Source: Piromyces finnis finn (lineage: Eukaryota; Fungi; Neocallimastigomycota). From it: a DNA stretch of 64,000 bases. A program made the position numbers and the translations under genes. The DNA is taken from NCBI GenBank assembly GCA_002104945.1, contig MCFH01000003.1, positions 1,488,001 to 1,552,000 on the forward strand, read 5' to 3'. Below are positions 16,086 to 29,137 of this stretch, piece after piece; within the stretch, counting starts at the first letter, position 1; every line of letters begins with the position of its first letter. A model generated the notes under the pieces. It was not told where the DNA came from. It worked only from the letters and a program-made list of their open reading frames with translations, and searched no databases.

Positions 16086-16974
16086 TTACTTGCTTCCCTT
16101 AAAATTAATTGGGATTTTTTCATTAACAAGATGTTGCTTATCTATTAAAATTCAGAATATATATATATATGAATAATTTAAAATAGTAGAAATGTAATAA
16201 TTAATTAAATTACTTACCATAGGAAGTAAGAACTAAATACTTTTCACCAGCAACAAAATTATCAAGTTCTGTAACTTGTTTCATATTCTTATCTAAAATG
16301 ATTTTACTTTTTCCAGTTGGAATCATAGAGGTAGTAAAGTCATTAACCTTTTTAGGATAACACAATATATAATTAAATTATTAATTATTTTTGAATAATT
16401 CCATAGTCTTAATAATTGGAACTAATGTATGAATATAAATATATACTTGTTTCATCGTTGGATATTTTTGTTTAGTTAAAACAATCATTTCACCAGAATG
16501 ATTCTTATTAGCATATTCAAAAAATGTAACCTTCTTTGCTGTAACACCATAATTGTCTACTTTATGAACGACTGGCTTACTCTTTGGCTTTTATAATATA
16601 GAGTGTGTATAAATAATAATATTTAATTATTTATATATATAATAGATAATAAATTTTAATGGAAAATAATATTAAAATAAAATATTTACTCTTGGTTCAA
16701 CTGAATTATCAATAGTATGATTTCTACTTTTAGAACTAGTGTTACCATCATTAATGCATAAATCTTCTCTACCAGCTAAACCTCTTCCTTTTCCATTGGC
16801 ATCAAATCTTTCCCTGTGGGAACCCTATTAATAATATCAAATAAACTATTAAATTACTGGTACTTTGAAAATTCTACTTTTAATAATTTCTTATATATAT
16901 ATATATTTATTGAATATTACAGTATACTTCGATGGATCAGTTAATCTTTCTGTGACAGATTGCTTTGGTGGCAT
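16086..16974 (-). CDS. Apicortin (partial p25alpha/TPPP domain plus DCX domain), 5 small exons, absent from ORF track
   Basis: Spliced: MPPKQSVTERLTDPSKYT|GSHRERFDANGKGRGLAGREDL..EPR|PKSKPVVHKVDNYGVTAKKVTFFEYANKNHSGEMIVLTKQKYPTMKQ|VNDFTTSMIPTGKSKIILDKNMKQVTELDNFVAGEKYLVLTSY|DKQHLVNEKIPINFKGSK*. RLTDPSKYTGSH-ERFD-GKG-G-GR is the p25alpha C-terminal motif; the remainder has DCX-like spacing. Confidence 0.82.
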
Positions 16975-17632
16975 TTTATTATTACCAATATTAATTAGTT
17001 ATTGATTTTTATAATAAAAAAAAATTGAATTTGGAAAAAAAAATCTTTTTTTATATATATTTTAATATTTTATCAATATCTATCATTTTCTAAAGTATAA
17101 AGTTTTAAATATAAAAAATAAAATTTCATCTTTGTTTCAATAAAGTTTATATAAATATAGATTTTTTTTTTTTTTTTAATCCCATTTGAACTTTATTATT
17201 ATAATATTTATAACAATATATATTTTTATTTTTAGTTATGGATATAAAACATATAAAGAGTATCGCCTAGTTGATTATGTATGGATAAAATAATAGATAA
17301 TTATCATTAAAAATCATTTTTATTCAAAGTATTAAAGAAAAAAATATCTATATAAATATTCAAATATGTTTATTAGGTTATGGTGAAGAAAATAATATAG
17401 ATAATTATAAATAAATATTAATGGAACTTATTAAAAAAAAAACATATTTATTTATTATATAAATATCTTCATCAATTTATATATACGGATTATATATATA
17501 TCTCAAATGAAAATAGTATTCTTTTTTTTTTTTTTGTAATATTATGTAGGATTAAAAAAATGATGTTTTATAATTCTAAAGGGTTAAGTTTTTAAATAAA
17601 TATAATCCAATTCATAATATAACATAACCACA

Positions 17633-17639
17633 CACGTGA
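17633..17639. promoter_or_regulatory. E-box CACGTGA in the divergent apicortin/ESS2 intergenic region
   Basis: CACGTGA about 110 bp upstream of the ESS2 ATG. CpG-containing hexamers are rare in this background. Confidence 0.35.
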
Positions 17640-17744
17640 AATTACCATTATCATAAAATTATGAAAATAATTTATCATTCTATGATTAACTTAAAAATAA
17701 TTTAAAGAAAAGTTTAATAATAATTTAATTTTAGAGGATATAAT

Positions 17745-19863
17745 ATGGAAATCACAAAGAATACTACGGATAAAAAAGACTTAATAATAAAGAATTCTGA
17801 AAGAAATGTAAGAGTAGAGAAGAAAAAAATTGTTTTAGAAGAAGATGAATATATTGAAGGTTTAAGTAAGGTTATTAAGCGAGACTATTTTCCAGACAAT
17901 GATAAAATGAAAATTCAAAATGAATTATTAGATGCACTTCAAGAACAAGATTCGTTTAGAGCAAGGAATTTATCAAAGCAATTATTAAATTATGATGCTG
18001 ATAAAAGTAAAGGTAATTTAACAAACGTTAATAATAATATATAATATATATAGTATAATGGAGTATAATTGAATAATTTTATATTTTAAATAAATATATA
18101 AACATTTTCAATTTATTATATGATAATTCATTTTCAATTCATTGGCATGTGAAATTAGAAAATTTACAAAAAAACGAAAATGGAATAGATACGTCATTGT
18201 CAGTTGATGCTTATCAGAGTAAATATACAAGCGAAGATAATGATTCTTTTAATGAAATTATAGCAAAAAATAATGAAATGAAGAAAATGAGAAATGAAAA
18301 ACTTTATGGACAAGAAAAAACAAAATTATTAATGAGTAGTAATGCTCAAAATGCATCCGATGTTGGAAAAACAGTTGAAACTAAACAAATTGAGACATGG
18401 AAATATAAAGTAAAAAAGTAATAATTTTTAAATAATAGGATATTAAAAGATTATTTAAATTAACAATATTTTATATTTCACATTTCGTTATTTCTTATTG
18501 AATTTTTTATTATATGAAATTTCAAATCCTTGCATTTTTGTAACCATTTAAAATTAATTCGAAATTAGACACAGAATACACTCATGTTTATCCCTGATAG
18601 TAATCATTTACTCAAGGAAAGTGAAGAAGTAAAACGTCAAGCACCAAAACAAATTTCACATAGTAATACTCGTTTTGATACTACACCTTCTATACAGGAA
18701 ATTAAAGAACAGGTATTCATTATATTCATTTATTGATATTTTGAAATTTAATTATTGTAATTAATTGGTTATTAATTAAAATAAATGAATATAAATTATA
18801 AAACTTTTAATACTTTTTATTTAATAAAATAATTATGAAGGAACGTATAAAAACACAGGAAGTTTGGAAAACCATGATAAATTCAACCCCTGGCCTATTT
18901 AAAAATGGTAAAAAAAAAAAAATTTTTAAGAAATAATTATAAATAATGTAAGAGAATTAAATTATTTATTAAAATTATTTTATTGTCAATTATTTCGTCT
19001 ATAAAAAGAAATGTTAGAATTACAATCTGAAGGTACAGACGGTTATAAAATGGTAGCTTCTACCCCATCACCCAATCCAAATAGAATTGATCAATCCGAT
19101 ATGTTTACTTGGGGTAGTATTGAAGGAACACCATTATTAATTAATTCTGGTGGAGCTAGTAGTGGTAATGCTTTAGTAATCAGTGCATTATTTTAATTAA
19201 ACAAGTATTATAGTTGTTGAGTTCATTTTTTAATTTTATATATAAAAATATATTTGTATTTTTGTATAGGACCTGTATTCAAAATACCAGAAACTCCAAG
19301 AAGAGAATTAATAGGAATGAAACTTTCAGAAAAAGCATCTTCTAATATGAGAAAAAGATTAGGAAAAACGCCAAAGTCTTCTTTATCTCATTTAACACCA
19401 AAGCAACGTCTAACTTCACCTTTGCTTTCAAGAGCAAATGCACTTTCACCTGCTGCTAAAAATTTATTACAAAGAAGTCTTAAATCACCTGGTGGTAAGG
19501 CATTAATGAAAGGACTTTCTTCGGATTATAAATTAAAGAAAAGTTATAATAGTCCATTATTATGTATTGTATCATGTATCATTATTCTGTTTTATTCTGT
19601 TTTATTATAAGAAGTTTAAAATATCTTATTATGATGGTTTTCTAATTATTTTATTTATTTTAATATTTTATATATACACCCTATTATTTATAGATAATTC
19701 ACCATCCCTTCATCGTTCATCTAAATTATCTACAGGAATTGTTCGTAAATCATCGTCTCTAAGAAAACAAGTCGCTACCCCATCAACGTCATCAATAATA
19801 AAAAATACACCAAATCAATCATCATCATCATTAACTGATGATTTATTGAACTTTAAAGAATAA
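17745..19863 (+). CDS. ESS2: Splicing factor ESS2/DGCR14 (Es2) homolog, multi-exon
   Basis: Motifs VLEEDEYIEGLSKVIKRDYFPD, SVDAYQSKYTSEDNDSFNEI, WKYK-TQNTLMFIP, SPNPNRIDQSDMFTWGSIEGTP, GPVFKIPETPRRELIG, ending in an S/T/P-rich tail LTDDLLNFKE*. Confidence 0.9.
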
Positions 19864-20186
19864 ACTAGGTTTATTAAAATTATAAAATTATCAACACTTT
19901 TCTATTCCATTAATCTATTTATTTAATTTGACATACTTGTAAAAATCTTGTAATTTCTTCCCATTATTTATTTAACATTATAAAAAAAAAAAAAAATAAT
20001 AATCAATCCTCATAGTAAAATAAAAAATTCATTTAATCTAATCCTTTAATCAGAAAAATTTTAGTGTTTTTTAATTATTAAATAAATTAAAATATTTAAT
20101 TTCTTTTATTTTTTTTTTAATTAAAATTATGATTAATTAAAAATAAAAATTCAAAAAATGTAAAACCCTTTGGATTAATAGATGTT

Positions 20187-20889
20187 ATGTTATTTATACA
20201 AATTGGTCAATGTGGAATTCAATGTGGGCAAGAAATAATACAAAAAATAAACAAAAAGTAATATATAAAGGTGTTATAAAATGCGGTATTTAATATTTAA
20301 AAGTGTATTAATTTTTATTGTATAAATTACATATATAAAATTAATATAAAAGTAATGAATTAGGAAATTCAATAAAGGAATTAGTCATAGATACAGAATC
20401 AAAAGTTATTAATAAATATAAATGTAAAAATAACAAAGAATATTTATATAAAAAGTATTTTCAAATTGGAAAAGATGGTTCAGGAAATAATTGGTCTTTT
20501 GGATATTGTAAAGTTAATGAAGAACTAATTCATTCGGTCATGGATAATTTTAATCAACTTTTAGAGTCCATTGATTTACATAAAGGATTAAATGTAATTT
20601 CTTTATTTTTTAAAATAATAAATTAAATATAAGAGTGTTTTAAAATTTGATAACAATTATACTATTGTCATTATGTAATATTATAATTAATTCAGTATAT
20701 TAATTGAAAAAAAAAAAAAATAGATTGTTCATAGTATAGCAGGTGGAACTGGTTCAGGCATATTTTCAAAAATTATTGAGGAAATTAGAGATAGATATCC
20801 AAAATCTTGCATAAGTACATATTCGTATGTATTTAATAATGCTATAATTATATTAATGGAAAATTTATTTCATATTATCAAACAAAATG

Positions 20890-20927
<38 letters not shown>

Positions 20928-22027
20928 TGGTATATAGCATTTTTCCATTTGAATCTGGTGAAAATACATTACAATATTATAATTCTGTTTTTTCCTTGTC
21001 TTGGGTACAAAAATATTCAGATATTGCTTATTGTTTTTCAAATAAAGAAATATTAGATATATTGTGTAAAGAAAAAAAGACAAAGAACTATTCTTTGAAT
21101 GATATTAATGAATATATTTCTAATTGTGTTTCAAGCTTGTATCCCTATGGGAATAAAATGTAATTTTTTATTATATTTTTTTTCTAAAAAATATAATATA
21201 TAGGACATAATAAATAGTAGTAATAGTAGTAATAGTAATAGTAATAGTAATAATATATAATACATTATGAAATAATTATTAATACTCTATTATGCAACAA
21301 TAATGTCACTAATTATTATTTATTAATAATAATAATGTATGATAAAATAATATTTTAGACAATATATAAATAACTGGGATATAATATATAATATATGTCC
21401 TATTCCATCAATGAAATTATTAAAGGTCTATTCAGATTCTTCACTGGATAACTTGGTAAAAAATATTCCAAGTAATTATAATAATAGCAAGTAAGAATTG
21501 ATGAGTATAAATTATTTTATTTATTATAATATATATAAAAAAGGTTAAAATTCCATTATATTTATTATTAAAATTAACTACTATGGAAATTATCAAAAAG
21601 ATTAATTAGTGGTAGATTAAATCTGGTTAGTAATGATGATATGGACGAAAGAACATTAACTAAGCTATATAAGAAAATTGGAATTTTATCTAATCCGGAA
21701 TGTCTTTCCATAAACTATTTAAGATCGAAATCAGTAAAAAAAAGTTATAGTCAGCCTCGAATCAATTCATTAAAGGAAGATGAAAGTCGCCCATCACATT
21801 TACCTACTATAAATCCAAAATCCCGGATATCTTTACTTAAAAATTCAACAGATATTCTTCCGTCTCTTAATTATTTTTTAAACAAGTCAATATATATGTA
21901 TAAAAATGGAGCCTATTGGAATTATTTTAAAAAATATAATGATAATATTGATGATTTATTTATAGAATCCTATAATACTTTGTATGATTGTAGAAACGCT
22001 TATATGGAATGGCACGATGATATATAA
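20187..22027 (+). CDS. Divergent tubulin of the delta/zeta class, most similar to zeta (cryptic) tubulin; about 6 exons
   Basis: Spliced: [130 protein letters not shown]. All junctions are GT-AG and phase-consistent. Tubulin identity is secure; the subfamily comes from recalled motifs. Confidence 0.8.
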
Positions 22028-22240
22028 CCCTCTATTTTTTTGTTATTATTATATATATATTAATCGAAATTTTCAATACATTACTACTATTATTATTATC
22101 ATCGTATTATTAAAATCAAACAATACTATATTTATTTAACACAAAAATTTATTATTAATAATACCATTTATCTATTGCTATTATTATATATATTATAAAT
22201 TTTATTATTATTTATCCAAAATTTTATTATTTTATTTTAT

Positions 22241-22280
<40 letters not shown>

Positions 22281-22340
22281 ACTATTATCAAAATTATTTT
22301 TAATAAAATAAAAAGTTTTAATGATAAAGAAATACAAATC

Positions 22341-23113
22341 TTATTTACTATTCGTATAGTTCAATAAAAATTGTAAAAACAATTTTAAATCTTTTTCTAA
22401 TTCAATAGAATCAATTTTGATATTGGAATTAAAATAATTTTCCAAAGCTTCTATACAGTTGGTTAATTTAATTTTAACTGTATCATCACTAATATAATTA
22501 AAGGGTAATAAATAGATGTAGAAAAAAAAAAAAAAGTAGCCTTAGTATAAATGCTAAAAATTATTTTAATCTATTTGAAAAAAAAAACAACAACTACATA
22601 CCATGGTATTTTTTTATCTGTAATAGCATATTTTAAAACCATTAATTTTGTTGGTATATCGTATGATAAATAGGATTCATGAAAAATTTCTTCCAAAGTT
22701 TTTTCTAACAATAATTCACAGGCACATATCAATTGTAAACATATAAAAGAGTAATTAGAATTACTATTTATGGAATTAGGTGATATAGATATATTTTTGG
22801 TTTTCTCTATGGAAAGGGTGTTTATATTAATTTTTCGATAGAGTATTTTTTTCCTTTTTTTAGAAGAATTTAAATCTTTCTTTTTTAAAGGTGTATTTGA
22901 CACTATTCCATTATATTCCTTTTTTTTCCCTATGAAACTATCTGAATTCTTTTGTTTGGATATTATTGAAGTAACATAGGATGTATAAATATTTTCTTTA
23001 TTCTATTTATTATGTTAATTTTAAAATTATTATTTGTTATTAATATCATTAAATATTATATATATTTAATATATTATATATAAATATATATATTTTTTAA
23101 TTTATTAGTAATG

Positions 23114-23149
<36 letters not shown>

Positions 23150-23544
23150 TTATATTTTAAAATATTTACGTTTAAATTATCTCTAATCTTCATATTTTCT
23201 AATGAATTTGAATGGAATTTATGTAAATGTTTTTGAAAAGCGATATGTGATAAACTTCTTCCATTTTCGTTGGAACAATGAGCACAATTATATCTCAACG
23301 ATGATATACAATCAATTCCATTATCAGATACGGAACATTTATGTTTAAAATTATCTGGTTGGTCCCCATGAATAGGACAAAAACATTTTATATAATTATT
23401 TGCGGGTAAATTTTTAATTAAAGGTTGAATAGATTCTGAAGTATAATAATAAGAACCATTTGGAATTATATTTTTAAAGTTGGAAACATTACTTAATAAT
23501 GTATTATTGAAGTTTGAATAATTATTACTAAGCGTTTGAACCAT
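22341..23544 (-). CDS. Hypothetical protein with a possible Cys/His zinc-binding N-terminal region (about 3 exons)
   Basis: ORF 23143..23544 (CFCPIH..C..CAHC-x14-H-x3-H), ORF 22571..22903 and a final exon ending ..LNYTNSK* at 22341. The second junction (CCA TG|gtatgt..ttag|T GAT) is phase-consistent; the first junction is not resolved. Confidence 0.5.
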
Positions 23545-23608
23545 TTTCTATTGTTGTATTATTATATGATATGCAAATGTAAATATAAATATATATAATG
23601 GCGTCGTG

Positions 23609-23639
<31 letters not shown>

Positions 23640-24897
23640 AAGAAAAAGTATTAAAAAATACTACTATTAAATTATTAATAAAAATATAAATTTAAACTAT
23701 TGAAACATTTATAGCTAATAAAAGATAGAAGCAATGTTAGTATTTAAAACAATGCTATGTATATGTTACAATTTATTTTTTTTATGTTTATTTTAAATAT
23801 AACATATATTATTAATGAATTAATGGTTACTATTAATTTTTTATTAAAAAAAAAAAAAAAACAATAAATATTTAATAGAATAAAAAAAAAAGAAAAGTTT
23901 TTCTTTCTCCCTTTCCTCTTTCTATTAAACTTTTTTTTTTTTTTTTTAAATCTTTAAAGTTTCTTGTAAAAATCGCAAAAAAAAAAAAAAAAAAAAAAAT
24001 TTTTATTTTTATTTTTTTTTAAATTAAAATTAAAATTTACGGACAATGGACAATGAAATTTTTTTTTTTTTTGTGATTTTCTAAAAACATCAAAACAAAA
24101 AATTTTAATTAAACATTTAAATTAAAAAAATTTAATTAAGAATTTTTCATTTTTAGTGGGTTCAAAAGAACTTTTTAATACTTTTTAATAATTAAGTCAA
24201 AAGAAACTATCATTACCACTACTTTTTCAATACTATATAAATCTGTATCTATATACCATAGAATTAATAGCATTTTTAAACTATTTTTTTTATGTATATG
24301 ATACATTTTTTAATATTATTGTAAAAACAAACTTTGTAATACTTTCTTGCAATATATATATAAAGAGAGCATTATTTAATAAAAGTTAACGTCATTTTGA
24401 GTAGATAATAACTCTTTATATAAAAATTAATTTTTTTTTTTAAATAGATTTAAATTATATATTTATTCTTGTTTATTATATATAAAATATACATTATTAT
24501 ATTATTATTATATTAAAAACTAATAATAAGAAAAAAAATTGATTGAAAGGTAAAGTGTATTTGTTATGTTTTGTGGTTTATGATTTTTAGTATTAATGAA
24601 ATACAATGCTAAACTAATATTATAATTTTTTTTTGATTTTGGTTGCAATTTTTATTAATAAATTAATATTATTTGTATAAAAATAATAAAAAATGGAATT
24701 GATTTTGTATATATATATTTTTTGAAATATAAATAATTAATAATTGAATATTATATTAATTGCAATTATTAAAAAAAAATTTATATATATTTAATATTAT
24801 TTAAATTGGTAATATTATGTTATGCTTTTTTAAGAGTTATAATGAGAAGGTGATGCTTATAGGTATTAGATCTGGTTTATCGTAAATTAATTTTTTT

Positions 24898-25498
24898 TTA
24901 GTCCATACCTTCCATATCATTACAATCATTACATCCACATAAACAACATCTACAACAACCTAAACAACATGTGAACATTGTTGTACTATAATATAGAGAA
25001 TAATAAAGTATTAGCGAGATACAAGTGAAATTTTATAATATTTATGTATATTTATAGATAGTATTGATAAAGTATTTAACATTACCATAAAGTGAGACCA
25101 CAACATAGAGAACATAAGGATGAGGTAGCATCTCTATCTCCATTAGTTCTGAAACAACCACTAGCTCCGAATCCAGGATCAATATTATCATCATTATTAG
25201 TATTATTATTTACTGGGTAGGTATTAGCATTAGTATATTGGGTAGTAGTAGCGTAAGTATTAGTATTATTGTTGTTAGTGGTAGTAGTTGTAGTTGGTTC
25301 TTCTTCTTCGTAATCATCCGAAGGTGAATATTTATATCCTGTTCTATCAGGATTAGTTGGTGTTTGATAAGCACCAGTGGATTGTTGATCAGCATAAGGA
25401 CTTACCATAGCATCTGTTGCTCTATAAGTTTTAGTGGTATAAGCGGCTTCTGGAGCTTCAACTTCTTCAGATGGATAAATTTTTTCGTCTTTTGCCAT
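24898..25498 (-). CDS. Small protein (about 166 aa) with a Cys-rich C-terminal tail (CYSTM-like), 2 exons
   Basis: Exon 1 25498-25086 and exon 2 24985-24898 splice to ..LCSLCCGLTLCTTMFTCCLGCCRCCLCGCNDCNDMEGMD*. The N-terminus is Y/T/P/N-rich and hydrophilic. Confidence 0.75.
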
Positions 25499-27089
25499 TT
25501 TTGATATATTTTCTAATTTTCTTTTTTTTTCTTTTTTTTTTTTTTTTATTAAATTAATTATATAAATTTTGTTTTATCTTTTTTTTTTTTTTTTTTGCTG
25601 TTATTTTTAAAAACTATTTAAAAAATATTTTTTATGAAGAAAAAATAAAATAAAAAAAATAAATAAAAAAATAAGAATTGACTAAAATAATATGTAGGAG
25701 AATAAAATAAAATAAAATAACAAATAAAAATGACCGAATTAAAAAAAACAAAAAAACGGAAAATGATTAAAAGTATATAAATATATAAAAGTATAAAAAT
25801 GCCAATAACAAAAAATCAAATATCGAATAAAATTTATATACTTTTAAAATATATAATATTTGAATTTAGTAAAAAAAAAAAAAAAAGTGTTATAAAAATT
25901 GCTATCATTTATAATCTTTATACTATACACTTTTAATATATAGCGTACTAATATAAAATTCTTGTTCAATAATACAAAATATCATAAAGTAGAAATTGTA
26001 ATTATTATTAAAGTATAATGATTATAAAAAGAATGATGAATTTTAAATATTTTGTATATTTAAAATTTATTTTTCATTTTTTAATAAATCCATTTCATCA
26101 TTAAAACTTTGACATGTTTATCAAAAACAACAAAGCTTATTCATTACTAAACTTCTTTTCATTTTAAATGTTCCGAATTTTTTAAAATGATTTTAATTAT
26201 TAATTTTACTTTTTTTTTTTTTTTTTGATCTAAATTTTATAAAGAGAATACTTTAAAATTTTGAATAGAAAAATATATATACATTTTTTTTCTTATTCCC
26301 TCTACCTAAAAAAAAAAAAAGTTTTAAACTTATTAATAATAACATGCTATATATATTGAGTAAATACTTTTTTTCTTTTATAAACTATCATTCCATTACT
26401 AGAGTTAAAGGATCGAGTTATTGACATAAACATTTGGTAACAGATTTTAATAATTATGATAATCTTAAAGTTTAAAAAATATTAAATATTAAAGTTTTAA
26501 ATATTCTTGACGATTTATAGTTTATATTCCATAAAAAAAAAAAAAAAGGTAAAAAAGTTGTCAATAGCCATTATTCTTTAAAACTCTTTAATATTAAAGA
26601 TATATGGATAAGGAATATTATAATTGAATATTGAATTAGAAAAATACCAACACACACATTTTTTTTTTTTTTTTTTTATTTAAATTATATTTATTTACTT
26701 ATTATTTGATTTTATAATAAAAATTATGATAATAATAATAATAATAAAAAAAGGTGTATAAAAGAATATGTATATACTTTTATATGCTTATTTTTATTAT
26801 TATAATTGTATTTTATATATTTATCTATTTTTTTTATCTTTTCTATTTTTCTTTTTTAATTTATTTGATTATACTTTGTTATATATTTTAGTTTTATTTT
26901 ATTATTATTATTATTATTATTTAGTTTTATTTTATTTTTAGTTTTAGTTTTATTTTTTTATTTTATTTTATTTTTTTTTTTTTGAATTAGTTTTTCTTTT
27001 CTTTTCTTTTCTTTATTTTTTTTTTTTTTTTTTTTTTTAATCATCATTATTATTATTTTTTAAAGATAATTAAAAGTATTACGACTTTA

Positions 27090-29094
27090 TTAAAAGTTTT
27101 TAATTTCTAATGAGGCAATAATAATTTGAATCTTATTGCCAAAATCTTCTTTCATAAGATTCTCTTCTGAACAACGAACTCTAACTGATGCTTTTAAATC
27201 TTCTAATATATTATCCAATATTCTTAAAAATAAAAATTATTATATATTTAAATTAATTTTATTAATTTTTATTTAAATAAAAATATATATATTTATTATG
27301 TTTTAAATAATAAAAATATTTAAATACTTTGTATCTTCTACAAATTCCCATAATAAAGCTTTTATTACTTCAGTATCCAATTGAATTTGGTAATAATCCT
27401 CTTTAGTAAAAGAAAATAGTCTTACATATTCTATAATACCCTATTTATTAATAACCAAAATAATTTGATATTAACATGAATATCTTGAAATTATATATAT
27501 ATATGTATTTTTTTTCTTAATTTTATTCCTTTACTTACCTTTAATAATATATTAATGATATTTGATTTTATATTAATTCTACTTAAATTTACATTGTTAT
27601 AATATTCAATTCTTTCGGTGAATAAACGATCAATATTTGTCATTAAATTTTGATCATTGCTAATGTAGGGATTATTAAAAGAAAAATTGGAAGAACTAGC
27701 TTGAGAATTTTGTAATAAATATGGATTATTAAATGGGGTTGGGGTAGCTAATCTACTTCTTATTGGTGAAGATTCAGCTATATATATATTTTTTTTCATT
27801 TATTATTTATAATAGGTTAAAAAAAAAAAAAAGAAAAATTAACCATTTTATTATTTTTTATTTTTATTATAGACTTTAAGTATTATATATTCACCAGAAA
27901 TGGAATCTGTATGTTTAGAAATATTGGTATAAATAACTTTAGTAATATCGATACAATATTTTTCGAGTTGTTGTAACACTGGTATCCAAAAATCGGAAAT
28001 CTTATCGTTTTCAGTGTATAGTTTTTCTGGGAATTCTTTTTTGGCTATGTAAATCAAATGATTTCCGGCAACTTGTGCATAACGATTTAATAAAGTCTAT
28101 GTATACAATTAACCGTTTTGTTAATTATAATAATATAATATATAATAGTATATTAAATTAAATTATTATGATATATATATATATATATATTTATTCATTT
28201 GATTTATTATAATAATATATATATATTTTCAAAATCATTATTATTTTACCTTTCTTAATTTTTGGCATTCACTAATACAAGAAGAAAGATCATCCAAGGC
28301 TTCCTTTTCTTTATTAAAAATATCTCCAGAAGTTGGTGAAGCTGATTCCTTTTCCATCATTTTTTCTTTATTTTCTTCTTCTTCTTCTTCTTCTTCTTCT
28401 TTTTCTTTATCCATTTTATATATTTCTTTGATATAAATATTATAAAGAGAATCAATTGTACCAATACTTAAACAATCACAAAATTGAACATAAAGTAAAA
28501 GTTTTGGTGAAACTTTAGTACGATACGAAAGACTTGATGAATATTTCTAATAAATGAAAAATATTTACAGTTAAAAATAAAATTAGAATATCGAATATAT
28601 ATATATATATATACTATTCTATATGTGTGTGCATGTATATGTATGTTTAAGTAAATAGTAATACTTACAGTCATTTTATTAAACATATTAATCCAAAAGT
28701 TTTTAAGACATTTGTTAATATTGGTATAAATAAGAACTTCATTATCCGATAAAAGATCTAATTCCTTAATATTTTCTTTCGTTATTTTCTATACATTTTA
28801 ATGGATAAAATTTAAAAAAAAAAATATTTATATTAAATATATAAGGATAGTAATAATAATAATAATAATATAAAATTTATGACAGTTATTATCTTTTTTT
28901 TTTTTTTATATTTTTTTGTTTGTATATTACATTAAGTTTTGGTATAATGGTATTAGTAAATTCATTTATAATATATTTTTCACTTTTATTTATATGAATC
29001 TCGAAATTATCTGTAAGACTGTTGTCAATTTCTTTATAATATGTATCTAAAAAAGGATTAACATTTATATATTAATAAATCTATAAAATAGGAT

Positions 29095-29137
<43 letters not shown>

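Noticed and set aside
17255-17280. Possible RFX X-box upstream of apicortin (GTATCGCCTAGTTGAT)
   Set aside because: Does not match the GTNRCC-N-RGYAAC consensus well; no clear X-box was found upstream of the tubulin or RPGRIP1L either.
26000-26650. Slightly GC-richer patches in the 25.5-27.0 kb intergenic region as transposon remnants
   Set aside because: No ORF, terminal repeat or recognisable transposase/RT motif in any frame I could read.
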